Source: Trichinella spiralis (Eukaryota). Taken from it: a stretch of 60,573 bases of DNA. The notes below the pieces were generated by a model that did not search any database, was not told the origin of the DNA, and worked only from the letters and a program-made list of their open reading frames with translations. Of the stretch, positions 11,862 to 26,023 are shown piece by piece. Both the position numbers and the translations under genes were made by a program. Position 1 is the stretch's first letter. Every line of letters starts with the position of its first letter. The stretch lies in NCBI RefSeq assembly GCF_000181795.1, contig NW_003526941.1, positions 501,453-562,025 of the forward strand, given 5' to 3'.

Positions 11862-14800
11862 TCAGCTAATATAACTGCGAATTTCTTTGTGAATGTAGCA
11901 AAGATAATCAACATAAGATGGACAATTATCATTTCGATCTTCAACAAGAAATTTCTTCATCCAAGGTTCCAATTTTTCCCCTTGTTTAATTATGTAAATC
12001 TGAAAATTGTAAATTTACAAAACTTTTCAAAAAATATTCTCAAACCAACTTTTGCACGCCGTTGACGACCAGCTTGCAGCTCTTCAATCCAACAACGCAA
12101 CGATCTGGACGTTGGATTGTCCTTTTCAATCAGTTGGTTCTGAAGTAAAAACGACAAAACTCCAGTTCCATAATCAAGTGAATAAACTGAAGTTTTTTTA
12201 ATAAAATACCTTATCAGTATTTATCTGGGCAAAAGTTGGCACGCCGAAAACATCCTGAATCCACTGGGTCGGCACACTTTGACCAATCCATAAAAACATT
12301 AAAACACCATTGTCTGTATAAGAAATTTTTCTAATCAAGTTGATAATGGAAAATCAAGTTCAAATTTTACAATTACCAAGCAAATACGCCTCATCAGGTA
12401 ATAAATTTTCGTAAGAACAACGAACTGCGGGTGGCGATTCGTTTAATAATTCCAGCTTCACCTTCAATTTTATATTCAAAAAAAGAAAGAAATCTACCTT
12501 AATTTAAATTATTAAAAATGAAAACATACCAGCGGTGTAAGACGAGGATAAAAATACAGTACGGAATCTAACGGACTCATCGATGGTAAGAGTTGCATTA
12601 GCCAAGCACGATCGTCCACAGTTAATTCAGAACCTGGGAAAAATTTCCAATTAATTTATATTGACAACAGAATAAACTAACTGTATAGAAGCTTTTTTTT
12701 TCTTCAACGACAACTCACCTCCAGAAAATGCATCACTTTTCAACAAACTATTTACAAGCAGTGGTAAAATTTTCAACAGCTCAGGCAACACTAACTGTCC
12801 CAAACTGGAATTCGGAGAGCAATACTGACGATATGTAGCCAAAATCTGAGCTACTCTTGATGTCAAACTTTCGCGCACTTCTTTGGGCGTTTTCTGCATC
12901 TGATGTCGTTCAGCTAGAGAATAAGCAAAGTATATATGTATATATATTCTATTCTTCAAAATTGATAACTGAATTTCAATTTTCACGTGATACCAAATTT
13001 CGCCAAATAATTCAAAATTGTGAGCACATCCGCCGATCGATACATAGCTGCATAGTCCATAGCAACCGACAATGCCAAATTATGAATGCGCAATCGTCGT
13101 TCTCCACTTACACTAGTAAACAATACTGCTACCTAAAACAAAAACAAAATCACTTTAAATCACATCATAAATAATCACAAACCATTATTGTTTAATATTA
13201 AAAAATGAAAAAATATTTTTCTCAAAATTACTTGAAAATATGCGTTTCCACCCTCAAGTTTATCGTCATGTTTCACTTCAATCGTCACGCATTTGTCTGA
13301 ATCAACAGTAGCCATTTCTATATCCGTTCTGTTATTCATTGCTATGTTGCCGTAAAATTCAACAGGACGGAGGCCTAACATAATTAATTAATTGATTATT
13401 CATTTTTCGCACCAAATAAAACAACAAACAATAATACCTGTGCTTGTTCTCAATCGCATAATTGCGTCGAATACTACTGGACGCTCAATAGCGTGCTTCA
13501 AATCTGCCAGAAAACGATCACCATCTTTATTCGCCTAATGTTAACAAAATTTGGAAAATAAGTATGATATCAATCAAAACCGACACGCATACCTCAAAGT
13601 ATGGATATTTGTACATCTGACTACCTGTGAGGCGGCATATTTCTCCAACTGTTGCAACATCAATGAAAGAATTTGGAAACAGAAACAAATCCACCCCACA
13701 ACCAACAGAACGGCATTCTTCGGATAATTTCGCATAAAAATCACTCTGCGAAGTCAGAATAGTCTACAACAAAACACAAGACATACAAAATAGCACTTAT
13801 ACAGTCCAACTATAACTGCAATATTTATACTTTCTCTTTATCTGTGCCCAACAAACGACGATCTTCTCTATTTTTCAATTTTCCGGGAGCTTCAAACGTA
13901 GGTAATGTTGTGTGAAACAAGAATACCTTGCCAGATCGATTGTGTGCCTTAAAAAAATTATATAAAACTATGACAAGTAATAATATTTCGAAAACAATTT
14001 ACTTTCAAAGCTTCCACCCCAGCTTGCAGAGCAGGTCCGAGAATCACTTCAGTAATACGATTTTCTCCAAATAAACTCCAAATTTGTTCCATCAATCTGA
14101 AGACAACAAAAATAAGATGTATTCATTTTCATTTAAAAAGTTTTTTAAAAAAAAGTCAAATACTGATCTATAGCTTGACTAGCCACGGAAGGTTTCACAA
14201 ATAGTCCTTTGCCCATGGGTACGAACATCTCTTGAACATCATTCACTACCATCATTTTTGGTGAACCGCTACCATTCTATATAAATAACAAACAACTATG
14301 CATCATACATGAGCAAGATTTTATCAATGAAAATTACTTTCAAGTCATAGAAATGAACACCCTGATCGTAAGTAATAAAAGCAACTTCGATCATACAATC
14401 TTTTCCATGCTCTTTGGGTAAATTCTGAAGAAGTAATTTAATATTTTGACAGAACGTATTGACAAGACCATTTCGAATCGCATTGTACGATACATCCAAC
14501 ACAAATACATATGCTGGAGGATTAGGAAACAACTGATCCTAAATTATTTCATTTTCCTTAGAACTTTGCTTCAATTTCCTCTTTTTCTATCTCTCACTTT
14601 GCAGTATTCTTTAGTAGCCACAAATTCATATGATCCTAAATGCAGCTCAGGCCGTTCCATCATATCTATTCGGCGACTAGCATGATCAAGATGTGAAAAA
14701 TATTCATTTGCCACTGAAACAACAAATATCATTCACAGTTCAGAAATCATCTAGTATATAACAAAAAATTCGCTAAAAATAAAATACCATCAGTGCTGGT

Positions 14801-17130
14801 GTTACAAAATGGACATCGAAATCGCCTGCCGCCATCAAAGAACACCATAAATGGGCACATGTATGCCTTACAACGATGACAACGGATGGGCCCCAAGTCA
14901 CCAAAATTTACAACAGGTAGTGGATTCTAATAAAACAAAAAACAATATTAATTCTGAAATAATGTCATTATATTGCTGCAATAATACCTCTTCTGGGCAC
15001 AGTTTGGCCAATGGTGTTACACAGAATGCTAATGGCAATGCGCTGTTTTTCAACAAATCGCTTGACACAGGAACACTGTACATGGTGGATCGAATGAATT
15101 TGGGATTACTATTTCCTATTTTGATTAAAGAAAAGTACAATCAAATAAGAAAAAAATAATAATAAAATGATATAATGCGATAAACCTTGATCTTCTGCGT
15201 AAAATTCTGTCGTGCACAGGGGTGGTAGTTCAGCATGGTCAACGCCAGTTTGGAAAAGCCCTGCCTTAGTTTTTCGATCATCTTCAAAAACTTGTATCTA
15301 AAGAAATAAAACAAAGAAATCACATGCAAATATTTTTAAATATTAAAGCAATTTACATACTGCACTTGGCATTAAATTTGGATCCAAACGTTTCGGTTGT
15401 GAATTTGCAGGCATCTGCGGTTGTGGGGGCAAACCTCCAGGTAAATACGCGCCGGTTTGACCATCAGTCGGAGGAAAAGGACTCGAAGTTCCATGTGAAA
15501 AATTCTGCCCTGGCATAGGAGCGCTTGGCATCGGAGGATACTGATTCATACTGCATCCAGTAGGAGGTGCACCTGGTACTGCATTTTTGGAAAAATCAGA
15601 TGGTGGCGAAAACGGTGACTGGGTTGGAACGCCAGAAAAACCGGAAGACTGAAAATTTTCACACTTTTCAATTCTAAAAGTAGCCAGCTTACTTTCAAAC
15701 AAAATTACCTGTGGCGGAGGTGATAGAGTAGTAGTGGACTGTCTCATCGGTAATCGCTGCATCTACAAAAGTTACTTTTTTATATTAAACAAATAAAAAT
15801 AACATGACATGAATACTGAAGGAAAGTCAGCGGGACACATGGGTGGCATAGAACTCGGTTGTGATAACATCGGTGGAGGTGGAATTGAACTAGCACTGTA
15901 GTTGGATTGGGCGGCTAATGGCATATTAGGACCATGGAAAACAAGCGGTTGCTGCAAAGGAGAGTTAAATTTGCCATCCATTGTAGATGGCATCAGTTCC
16001 TAAAAGTAAAATGAGTTTTAAAGTTGGAACTTACATGAAAATCATAAAGCCGAATTTAATACTTCACTTTGTTGAGACATGCTAACTCTGTCTTCCGGAA
16101 TGACATTCACTGGATGCATAACAGGAGTGCTGGGATGGTTTGCAGTAGGTGGTGCAAAACCAGCACTAGGTGGTCCGTAGTTTGCAAAATTTGAAGGGAA
16201 ACCAGACCGTAACATTTGCGATGATGGGCCTGTAGCTGCTGAATTCATAACCTGTAAATGCAACAATTTTCATCTGAAGAAAAATCTGAAAATCAAAATA
16301 AATTTACGGGTGGCGCAGCAGGGGTATCTGGCTGCGGTGGTAAAACGCTTACCATCGGAGCAGACAAAAATGACGCAGTTGCCGTTGTCCCATCATAATT
16401 AAAATTCTTAACAAGAAATACTTTTTATCATAAAATTCTTTAAATATTACATTAAAAATTTGAACTACTGATACAACTAAACTCACCGATGGATAACCAA
16501 CATTTGGAGATACAACAGTAGGTATAGGAGGAGGTGGATGCTGCTGTGTCGAACTAAATGTAGAATCCACGTTCAACTTCATACGCTATAAAAATATTAC
16601 ATATAACAGTAATTGTTTAGCAAAACATTAACATCATACTTGAAAATCAGCTGTAGCCTGTTGCACAGTAAATGCAGACTGTTCATTACTAGAATAATCA
16701 TTTCGACTGTAATTCTGAGCCTGATTACCATCGTTCTATAAAAATGTGATAAAAAAGCGCATCTGATATCACTCAAAGCACAGTTTTCCCCAAAAGAATT
16801 CAATATTTTAAATAAATAACTGAAAACTTTAATATATCTACACGTAAAACGTAAAAATTGAAAATTTCGTCAAGTATAAAAGCACAGAATCTAATTTTTT
16901 GAAACAAACTTTTCCTTCTTCAAAATACATAACATATGCTACGACCTATATCTACGTCAAATTCAATTTATTCTCTGATAAACGCATCTCAAAATATTTC
17001 ATGTACATACCGGCAATGAACCATTCATTCCATTTTGAAGTGATACATTTGAACCAGAAAACACAGGTACATCAGGTGGGATGTGCATATTTGATGAATA
17101 GATTGAAGGTGGAGGAGGGTTAAATGCCAT
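11862..17130 (-). CDS. SEC24C: COPII coat subunit Sec24 (SEC24C/D type)
   Basis: Pro-rich N-terminus from ATG 17130 (MAFNPPPPS...), [22 protein letters not shown], zinc finger [14 protein letters not shown]...FRCPFC, v[28 protein letters not shown]-terminus [18 protein letters not shown]. Many short GT-AG introns. Confidence 0.95.
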
Positions 17131-18327
17131 CTAAAATATTAAAAGTTAACAGCTTGTTGTATAAAACATTTCAAAAATTCTTACTTAAAATGATGTACTT
17201 TAGTAAGAATTCAAGAATAATTAAAATTGATATTTACGGTAAATTATTTAGTAAGCAAAACTAATACCTGTTAAAAATATATGAAGTTTGGAAAATCAAT
17301 AATAATTTAACCAAAAATGCACGTTATTAACAGAAAAATTCAACGTCAGCAATTTCTAAAATCTAACATGTGTCATACAGTATTCCCTACAAAAATATAT
17401 TTTATAATAATTAAGTACTAATATTCTTGTTAAGGAAATATTAAAATGATAATTAAATTTCATAAAATTCACCATAAAATTAATGAAATAATATGTTTGC
17501 TTTATTATATTCAATTTAATGCATTTCAGAATTATATTTTGCATGAAAGCATTGTTTCGTCTTAGTTGCGCAGTTAAACTGAATTAAGATTAGAGCATTA
17601 CTCAAAATAAGTTTCAGTATAAAAATTACACAGAGTAGTCTAAAGACACATAAATCTCACTGCACTACTAAATGATGCTCGTCTGTAAAGCTCCAGAGTA
17701 AGCTATCTGAGCACATTATATATCAGTAATGTAAGAGATACGGTTGAGGACAAATCAGTTTAACTTTAGCTCTAAAATAGAGCGAAATTTTTTACCAGTG
17801 CAATACTTGATTGCACATGGTACTTGACGCTTCATACTGTAGTTAAACCTGCCACCTGCGCGAGAAGGCGGGAAGGGTGACTGTCAAGGACGGCCATTTG
17901 CCACGCGTCAATTTTTCTAATGCCTGTGCTTGTTTGTTTGTATTTGCGTAATGCAGTTATTATTTAACGGTAGAGCTTGATTAATAATTGTTGAAGCAAT
18001 AAGTTGTTAAAAAGTGACAATTTCAAGCAGCCGGTGGTGCGTTCATCGAATGCGATTTTTCATATTATTTATAGCGCGCGAATCTTGCTTGGTATTTTTG
18101 AGACATGAGGTTTTTATGAATAATGAAAACGATTTCGATTGGTTGCATAACTTTGATGCTGATTGATATGAATCATTTTTAAAATACTGCTTGAAAATGT
18201 TGATCATTGATTTTAAAACGTATTTATTATTTTTCTCGATTGATTTTGTCAAAAGTCGATAAATTTGTTGCGTTAATTGTCATTTGCGTAACATGTTTAC
18301 ATTAGATAGTTTTTTTAAGGATCTAAT
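17131..18327. promoter_or_regulatory. Divergent promoter region SEC24/RPUSD with a GC-rich core
   Basis: Head-to-head genes. GC-rich patch ~17848-17910 contains GGCGGGAA (E2F-like, 17867-17874) and CGGCCATTT (YY1-like, 17891-17899). Confidence 0.45.
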
Positions 18328-20192
18328 ATGAAAAGTATCATTTGGCCACGAATTCCAGTGAGTGCTAAACAACTTTTGAAGGAACTGCAAGAGAACATTA
18401 TTTATTCAGCAGGCAAATGTTTACTGCTAATTATTCTGTTTAACAGAAAGACGTTTAGTTTTTTTTTCTTTTTCAGATGGAATATTTGCATTAATCAAGC
18501 CCTTTGGCATTGCTACAACATGTACGTTACAGTTATTGCACTAGCTTATTAAAACGAAAATTTGAATGATAGTTAATATAATACGCTGGAAAGTGAAATA
18601 TTTTATTATAATTTATTATAAGTAGTTATAAATGGCCGTTTATTACAATGAATTGACAAATTGTAATATTTTCATATATTTTCAATCTTATAGTTTTACA
18701 AAGTAGTTTTATTCACTAATTCACTCACTGATTGAAATTTCGAATTTGATGTTTTTCCCTTTATTGCATTATCTAATATATTTATAATATTATTTATTTA
18801 TTTATTTATTATTTAATGTGTAAAATGATATTATAAAATTGAACGTGAATTATATATGAGAAACTGAATTTTATATAAGTGATATTAATTTTATTATTTT
18901 TGAATTGATCATTTATTTCAATAAGTTTGCTTTACTATTTTAGGCGGTGCGTTAAATTCAAGAGTGAAATGCAACGTGGATGCTGAAGATTCATCCCAAC
19001 TCACTGTAAGCAGTGTTCTTCATGAACTTGAAGATGCATTTGGTGTCGAAAAATTGGTTATTGTTCAATCTTTACCCAGGTATGTTTATTTCGTAAAAAA
19101 CGTTAAATATCATTAAAAAGTAGAACTTAATTTATTATTGGATCAATCAATAATTATAGAGTCATTGTTCTTTTTTCACTACTTAATGAATGAAATTCTT
19201 TGCGCGTTAATGCTGTCGTTTTAAGTCTTAAATAAACGTGATTTTAAAGAGAGTCGGTGAATTGAATGAAGTTTTACAGAAATCATTCTGGAATAATACT
19301 TTTGGCTAGTGCTGGTAAAGTTGCGGAAAATTTGAATACTTCTATTCGTCAGTCGCTTGCAACTCATTTTCCATACATTCAGCTGCAGTAAGTTTACATT
19401 TAATCGAATTATAACGTCAGATGAAGAGGTTAATCTTTAAATAGTGCCGTTTGCGTTGGTCAGCCGCAGCCATCTGAATATTCTAATTTATTTGCTGTGA
19501 AGCGCACTTCATTGTCTTCTGACAGTAATGTGGTAGGGATATTTTATTTTCTGTTTATTTTAAATACTAAATTTTTAATTTTCTAATTTTAAAAGTATCT
19601 CTGTGATTCTGCGACCATTTCCAATCGACAGAGAAGAATTGGTTTGGCTAAATTTTGTTTCGGGTCTTACAAAACTTTAAATGTTCAAGATGATTGCAGT
19701 TTGGTGAAATTGAACATTGACAAGCGTAAGTTCGTTTTGTTTTTCATTTTTCACATCTGAAATTTCTATATTTAGTTACATATGCTTGTCATCGGCTTCT
19801 TCTTTCTGAACACGGCAGTCCTGTATTGGGTGATCAAGTATTTCAAAAACGTGTAACATCTGTACTTGGAAAAGTGATTACAGTACCAGCAGAACAAGGT
19901 ACCAATTCTAATCAGGTATTTTTGTTTTTGTATAATTTATTTTATGTTTGAATTGTGCAGCTATAATTAAAAATAAGAAGGGATTTAGATTATTCCGACA
20001 ATGGCAATGAAACGACTTGGATTGTCACTTAAAGAATATCATTTGTTGCCACTTTCAATTTTTGTCAACCAGCTTATATTGCCACGCGCTTTAAACAACG
20101 ATAGCGATTTCATCATTCGAACAACAAAGTTGCCATCACATTTCAAAGGACTGACAGATATGCTCGGCTTCAATATTATGCATCATTTATGA
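18328..20192 (+). CDS. RPUSD3: RluA-family pseudouridine synthase-like protein, probably inactive (RPUSD3-like); N-terminus may extend upstream
   Basis: Motif I IIYSADGIFALIKPFG; motif II reads VQSLPRNHSGIILLA where active enzymes have HRLD...SG; later GSPVLGDQVF and LPSHF. About 8 exons. Confidence 0.78.
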
Positions 20193-21461
20193 GGTAAGTA
20201 ATTTTAAATTATTTGTATTTGTGAAATTTGTACATGAGGTTTTTATTCCATTTTGAAATCTTCACCGGCAATTGATTTGATTTGGCCAACAGGGTTATAG
20301 AAATTTTCATTTGTCCTAGGCTATTGTCTGTTCCTATTGTTAGATTGATTAATTGAATGTTTTTTTCTTGCAAAAATTAAGAAATCGGTAATTCGAGTTC
20401 TCTGGCTTATTTTCACGCAATTCACGCATAGTAGTAGTAGTAGTAGTGGCAATAGTAGCTGTTGAAGGAAATCAGGTGTGCATATTATTATTTATTAGCT
20501 GCTGTGGTGAGAAATAATTGCTTTATTACTGCTGCTAATATTCATTCAGTGGTGTTTGTTTATCGCAAAATTTGGCGTTGTCATCTTGTCATTTCATGAT
20601 GCTGTTTGTTTGTTTTGCTGCTCTGCTAAACGAGTGTGTTCACTTTTGCGATAATCGCCCGATATTGTTCATAATTGACTTAATTAATTCACACAATTTT
20701 CAATGAAGTATGGCTAAAGATTGTCGAATTGTGGCAAAGTGTTTTTTATGGGTTGTTGAACTTTTTCCAATAATCTATTTATTCTACAACTGTTACAAAG
20801 TTAATTCGATCGGGATATTTTATTTATCTGCAATTTTTTTGATTCACAACTGCTTAAACATTTACATTATCCAGTAACGTGTACATTAGCTGTTAGTAGT
20901 TGAGTGTATGAGTGAGCTTTGTTTGTGCGTGTTTATTTAGCTGGCTAGGGTTTTCATTGTTTAATTTCTACACGTGAAATTGCACTTTGACATCCATTGA
21001 CATGTGAAAAAAACAGAAAAAAATATGACCATAAAAGAAGAGCTCTAACATTGTGTATCAACCCAAAAATTGTGTTTACTCATGTGAAAAGCGTGACAAG
21101 TATATTTATATATATATATATGTATGTATGCTTTGAATAGCTATTCAAAGGAAAAAGAAAAACTAGGAGGAAAGTTTTCAGCGAATGAAGTGATCTTTTT
21201 TTGCAGGGACCAAACCGGCTGGGGTGTGGTGGTTTTTCTCTTTTTTTGAAAGTGTAAATGAAAAATCAACAGCAAACTGTGAAGCCCAATTTTTAGAAGC
21301 AGGCCTTTTCTCTGATTTTCATATATATATATATATATATATATTACACGTGGTGGTTGGCGGTGACTAGGGTTGCGCCGGTTGATCACTGGATTCAATT
21401 GACCATGAGAGAAAAAAGAAAAGGTATTCCATCTCAGCGAAAAGCTATAGGGGCGTTGTTT

Positions 21462-23543
21462 TCAGACAGTAGTAACGGAAAGGAGACCCAATGCTCGGTA
21501 ATTTTCAGCCGTACGGTTACCGTGTGCTAAAAATTCTTGCACTGTAGTGAAACGATCCAAAAGCTGTTGCCCTTGACGACGAAGCATCTTCTTGTATGAA
21601 AGTTGTACAATTTGCTGTTCATTGGGGGGTTTTTGTTCCGCTTTTCTTCTAAGCAGTTCCTCCTGACGACGTTTTCGCTCTTTGCCTTTCTCCAAATGTC
21701 GACGACGTTCATCTTTGGACCAGTATCGACCAACCTGTGCAAACAAATTATTACTATTATTATTATTATTATTATCATCATTATTATTTGTATACTTTTA
21801 ATTCACTCATCGCATCATCATCGGTACTACAACCAAAACGTTCATTGGCTAAACGTTCAGCACGTTCTTTGAGAATTTGTTTTCGAACCGGCTTTTTCGT
21901 GATGTAACGCGAACCGTCTGGTCGGCGTTTTACCTGAAAAAATTTACAAAAAATTCAACGAAAACTGTTACAGTTATTATTTTTCTAATATATACCTTCC
22001 ATTCTGTATTAGTTGTCGATTCTTTTGCTGCTCTATGCAAATTTTGCCGACATGCTGGAATACGGCATGATGGTTCACCAGTAATTAAATTTTTATGAAC
22101 TTGACCGGCCGAATAGAATTGACGTTGTTGCCTTTGATGAATTTTCAATTGTCTCGCCTGTTCGACAACTGCTTTGTGAAAGTGTTTCTGCTGTTGCGCA
22201 ATGGTGCTATTTAAATTTTCCAAATTCGTGTAAACTGTATCTCCACTTATCGAAGCGTAGATGTGTTCATCAGGAGATGTACATTTCAGAGCGAATTTGC
22301 CACCGTCATCACGGCTGTTAGCAGCACTATTGTGATATTGTTGTTCGTTGTGGGGTAATGTGAAAAAAGCCGAATCACGCTTTCCATCTTCTTCAGCCGG
22401 CACTTTTCTGATCAGCATGCAGTGGGTTGGCTTCGACGCTGCTGAACCACGACAAACGTCTACATTGGCATTATTGTAAACACTGGATGGAGGATCATCT
22501 CGTCGGAATCTGATTGACCGGCGTAAATTTTCTGCAGTCAATTGGGCAATTTTTGGAAATCTTGTGATCGATGTTTTCGGCTTTGATCCAATACTATTAT
22601 TTGCATTTGTACTAGTAGTTGCAGAAGTGACGATCGGTGATCGACGAACTGATGATACTGCATTTCCATGTCTTACTGATGGTGATGACGATCCGTTCGG
22701 CAGCAATACTGGAGCATGTACAGGGCGTTGTAATTTTGGCTGATTTTGCAGATGTTCAATTGAAGCAGCCAGGCGCGAAGCATCTTGCAACTGCTTATGC
22801 ATTCTTCTTTCCGCTTTTGCGTGCTGTTCAATCAGTCGATCACACTCGAGCTGGATATGCTCCATTTCCTGGTGCAAGTATTGCAATTCTCTTTCTAAAC
22901 TTGTAGTTGAGTCGACGCCGGTGGAAACTTTTTTTGAATCTCTTCCAGTTGACGCCTCCTCTTCGACCTGTCGACAGTCAGCTATAAGACCTTCGTCAAC
23001 TTCAACTTGTACAGCCGATCCATCGTCTCCGCATCGTTGCTTCATTGATGAACTTCCAGAGGAAAGACTTCCACTACCTGTGGAAAGTTCAGAATATTTC
23101 GACGGTGACGACAATGTAGCCGGAAGAATGTCCGGATCTGAGTCGGTTGCCCTGGAAATACCCGAATCCTTTTCGTGTGTAGAATAAGCAGAGCCACGAG
23201 TGCCGTCAGTTAATGCACCTTCTTCTTCTTCTCCTCCTTCTTCCTCCTCCTCTTCTTCTTCAATAGGCTGAAAAATTATATTTTTTCTTCAAATATATAT
23301 ACTGCCACTTCACTCGCCCAAATGTTATACAACAACCTATTTGTACCTGTGGTGGTTGAGTACTCATCACGCGTCTGTTCCACTGGTCGTTTGATGAAAA
23401 GCTGTCATTCTAAAAATGGAAAATCCGATAAAGGCAAAATTGAATCACAGTGCTGTGACGCTGCTGATTAGAAAGAAGAAAGCATGACTTGTTGATGAAA
23501 ATTAAGGTGCGGACTATATATATATATAGTCGCGTTACATCAC

Positions 23544-23595
<52 letters not shown>

Positions 23596-23694
23596 CTTAT
23601 GCACCTTCTTCATATGTATATATATATATATACTACATCAGAAAGTTACATTGTGAAAGGAAATATCTATATATATAGTCCGCACTTTAATTTT

Positions 23695-23753
<59 letters not shown>

Positions 23754-25975
23754 CTTGTAGCGTATATATCCTTGTATATAATATATATATATATATATAT
23801 ATATTATATACAAGGATATATACACTAGATTAAGCAAAGTGAAAAAGAAAACTGCATGCAGTTTTCTCTCTAGCTTTGGCAAAAAGCGATCGATTGCAAG
23901 TCGAGCGCTCTTGATCCAAGCGGCGCTGTGCTGATGGACAAAAGATATAAATTAGGTAACATGACCAGTTCTGTGAATAAGCCCAATTATCATAACGCCT
24001 CAAGAAGAAAGCCAGCGCAGGAGAAGCGCCGGCAGCTTTATATCTCCTTCCTCATCGAGCAAGAAACACGCTCATGGCCACCAACCGCTGTCGGTTTTGG
24101 TCGGCTTTTCTCTACTGGTCAGAATCAATTTATCAAGCAGGGAAGAATCGATCCTTCGACCATTAACATCTGTTCACAATTTACTACTACTGAACGAATA
24201 GCTAAGAGAATTTCAGTTTTATCTAGTGGAACAACAGTAGCTGAAGTTTACCAAACAAATGATTAGTTAACTTCTGAGAAATTTTTTTTCAAAATCCTAA
24301 AACAAAAACAATTCCTTTCACAATGTAACTTTCTGATGTAGTATGTGTTGAATTTTTTACTTGCTGAGCGTAATAAGCAAGCTGTTTGTGATTTTTTGAT
24401 TGAATGATGAAAAGATAAGTTTGCTATAGGCGGGACAAAGCGTGATAAATGACATTGAACGATCATCAACGACAATTAATCTTTTTCATTCGGATTCGTC
24501 ATTTTTCATCCTCAACTTATTAATAATTACACCTATGTGTCGACAAATAAGGTCACACACGAAATATGCGGCATGCAAATTGTTGAACGCAATTTCAGTT
24601 CAGTCATTTTTTCCCTTGCATATATGTGCAAAGAAGAAAATGAAAAATAACTTGACCTTGTATAAAAGAATATAATTGTCTCTGCTATGAATACTATGAC
24701 ATTTTAAGAAGAGAATTTTGCTGAAAATTTGGGGCTGTTTTTACAAGCAACCATATTACAATACTATTTATTTATAAAGAGGCCGAGGCCATGCATATAT
24801 GCGTGTGTATTTTTTCGCCTTTTATTATTTTTTTTCAAAGAAAATAAGATTGTTCACTTACCACTGACTGATGATGATGATGCTCACTACAATCAGAGGA
24901 TGAAACGTTACGTCGGCGAGCCAATAGCAGTGTAACACTTGGACAATCTTGGCTAAACAGTTCAATTGCTTGACTTCTTGAATGCACGTCAACACCGTTT
25001 ATCTGAAATTTGAAAAACAATATATGATAATGAAATTCTTGATCAAGTGGGAAATAGGAGGTTTTCTTCAACTGAACGCGACAGAAAATCATCAATTCTG
25101 CTTTGGATCATAATAATAAGGTGGCCGGGCATATGATATTTCAACAGCTGTCATAGTACGTATGTTGTGTCGCGTTATTCGGTTCATTCAGTATAGCTGC
25201 GCGTTGGATGGATGGATGATCGAATAGGACCCAGATTTGAGATTTTTCCATTTCCAACAGCGCTGCCTTTGTGCAGCTTATTTTGCAAGAAAAATAAAAA
25301 CAAAAGTGAATCTCTCTCGTCATGTCTCGTCAATTTTCGTCAAACATCTTTCTCATCCGCATATAGCTTAGATATCTCCTACAGCTGGTGAGTTGTCAGG
25401 CAGCTGCCGGGCTAGATTTTCATTAATAAAAAGATTGAAGTTGACCACATCTGGCTGGACATCAAGTTCAGGCTTTTAATCCTGACCGCTGGAGTGAAGG
25501 ATTTTTGACACAGCTTTGTCTGATCAAATCGAAACCGCTGAGAAAGTTTTGACGTAGCTGTCATCAACAATGGATGTAAACGTACACATGCCTTACTGCT
25601 CGTAGTAGCAACAACATTAACGGCAGCAACACTAGTAATAGTAGAAGCAGTAGTAGTAGAAGTAGTAGTAGTAGTAGCAGTAGCAGCAGCAGCAGCAGTA
25701 GTAGGAGTAGTGGTATTTAATAGTGATGGTGGTGATTGTGGGGATGACGATGATCATGAGTGAATGAGAAGCTGATATTTGAAGAAAACCTCCATTTTGA
25801 AAAATAGAAAACAAGTTTACCTGCAAAATCTGGTCACCGGTTCGAAAACGTCCGTCTAGATGAGCCAGGCTGGCATTTTGCACCTGCAAATCAACAGAGT
25901 AAGCGAATTATAATTGGAAAAAAAGTTAAAACTGAATAAACACAAGCTAGTCTCTCTCTCTCTCCCTGTTCATCA

Positions 25976-26023
<48 letters not shown>

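Noticed and set aside
23495..23697. Simple MITE with 28-bp TIRs
   Set aside because: The interior is made of (TA)n and copies of neighbouring unique sequence, with no clear target-site duplication. Templated foldback explains it better.
23495..23823. True CRISPR array
   Set aside because: Eukaryotic intron, repeats are variable-length (TA)n, spacers are local self sequence and no cas genes are present.
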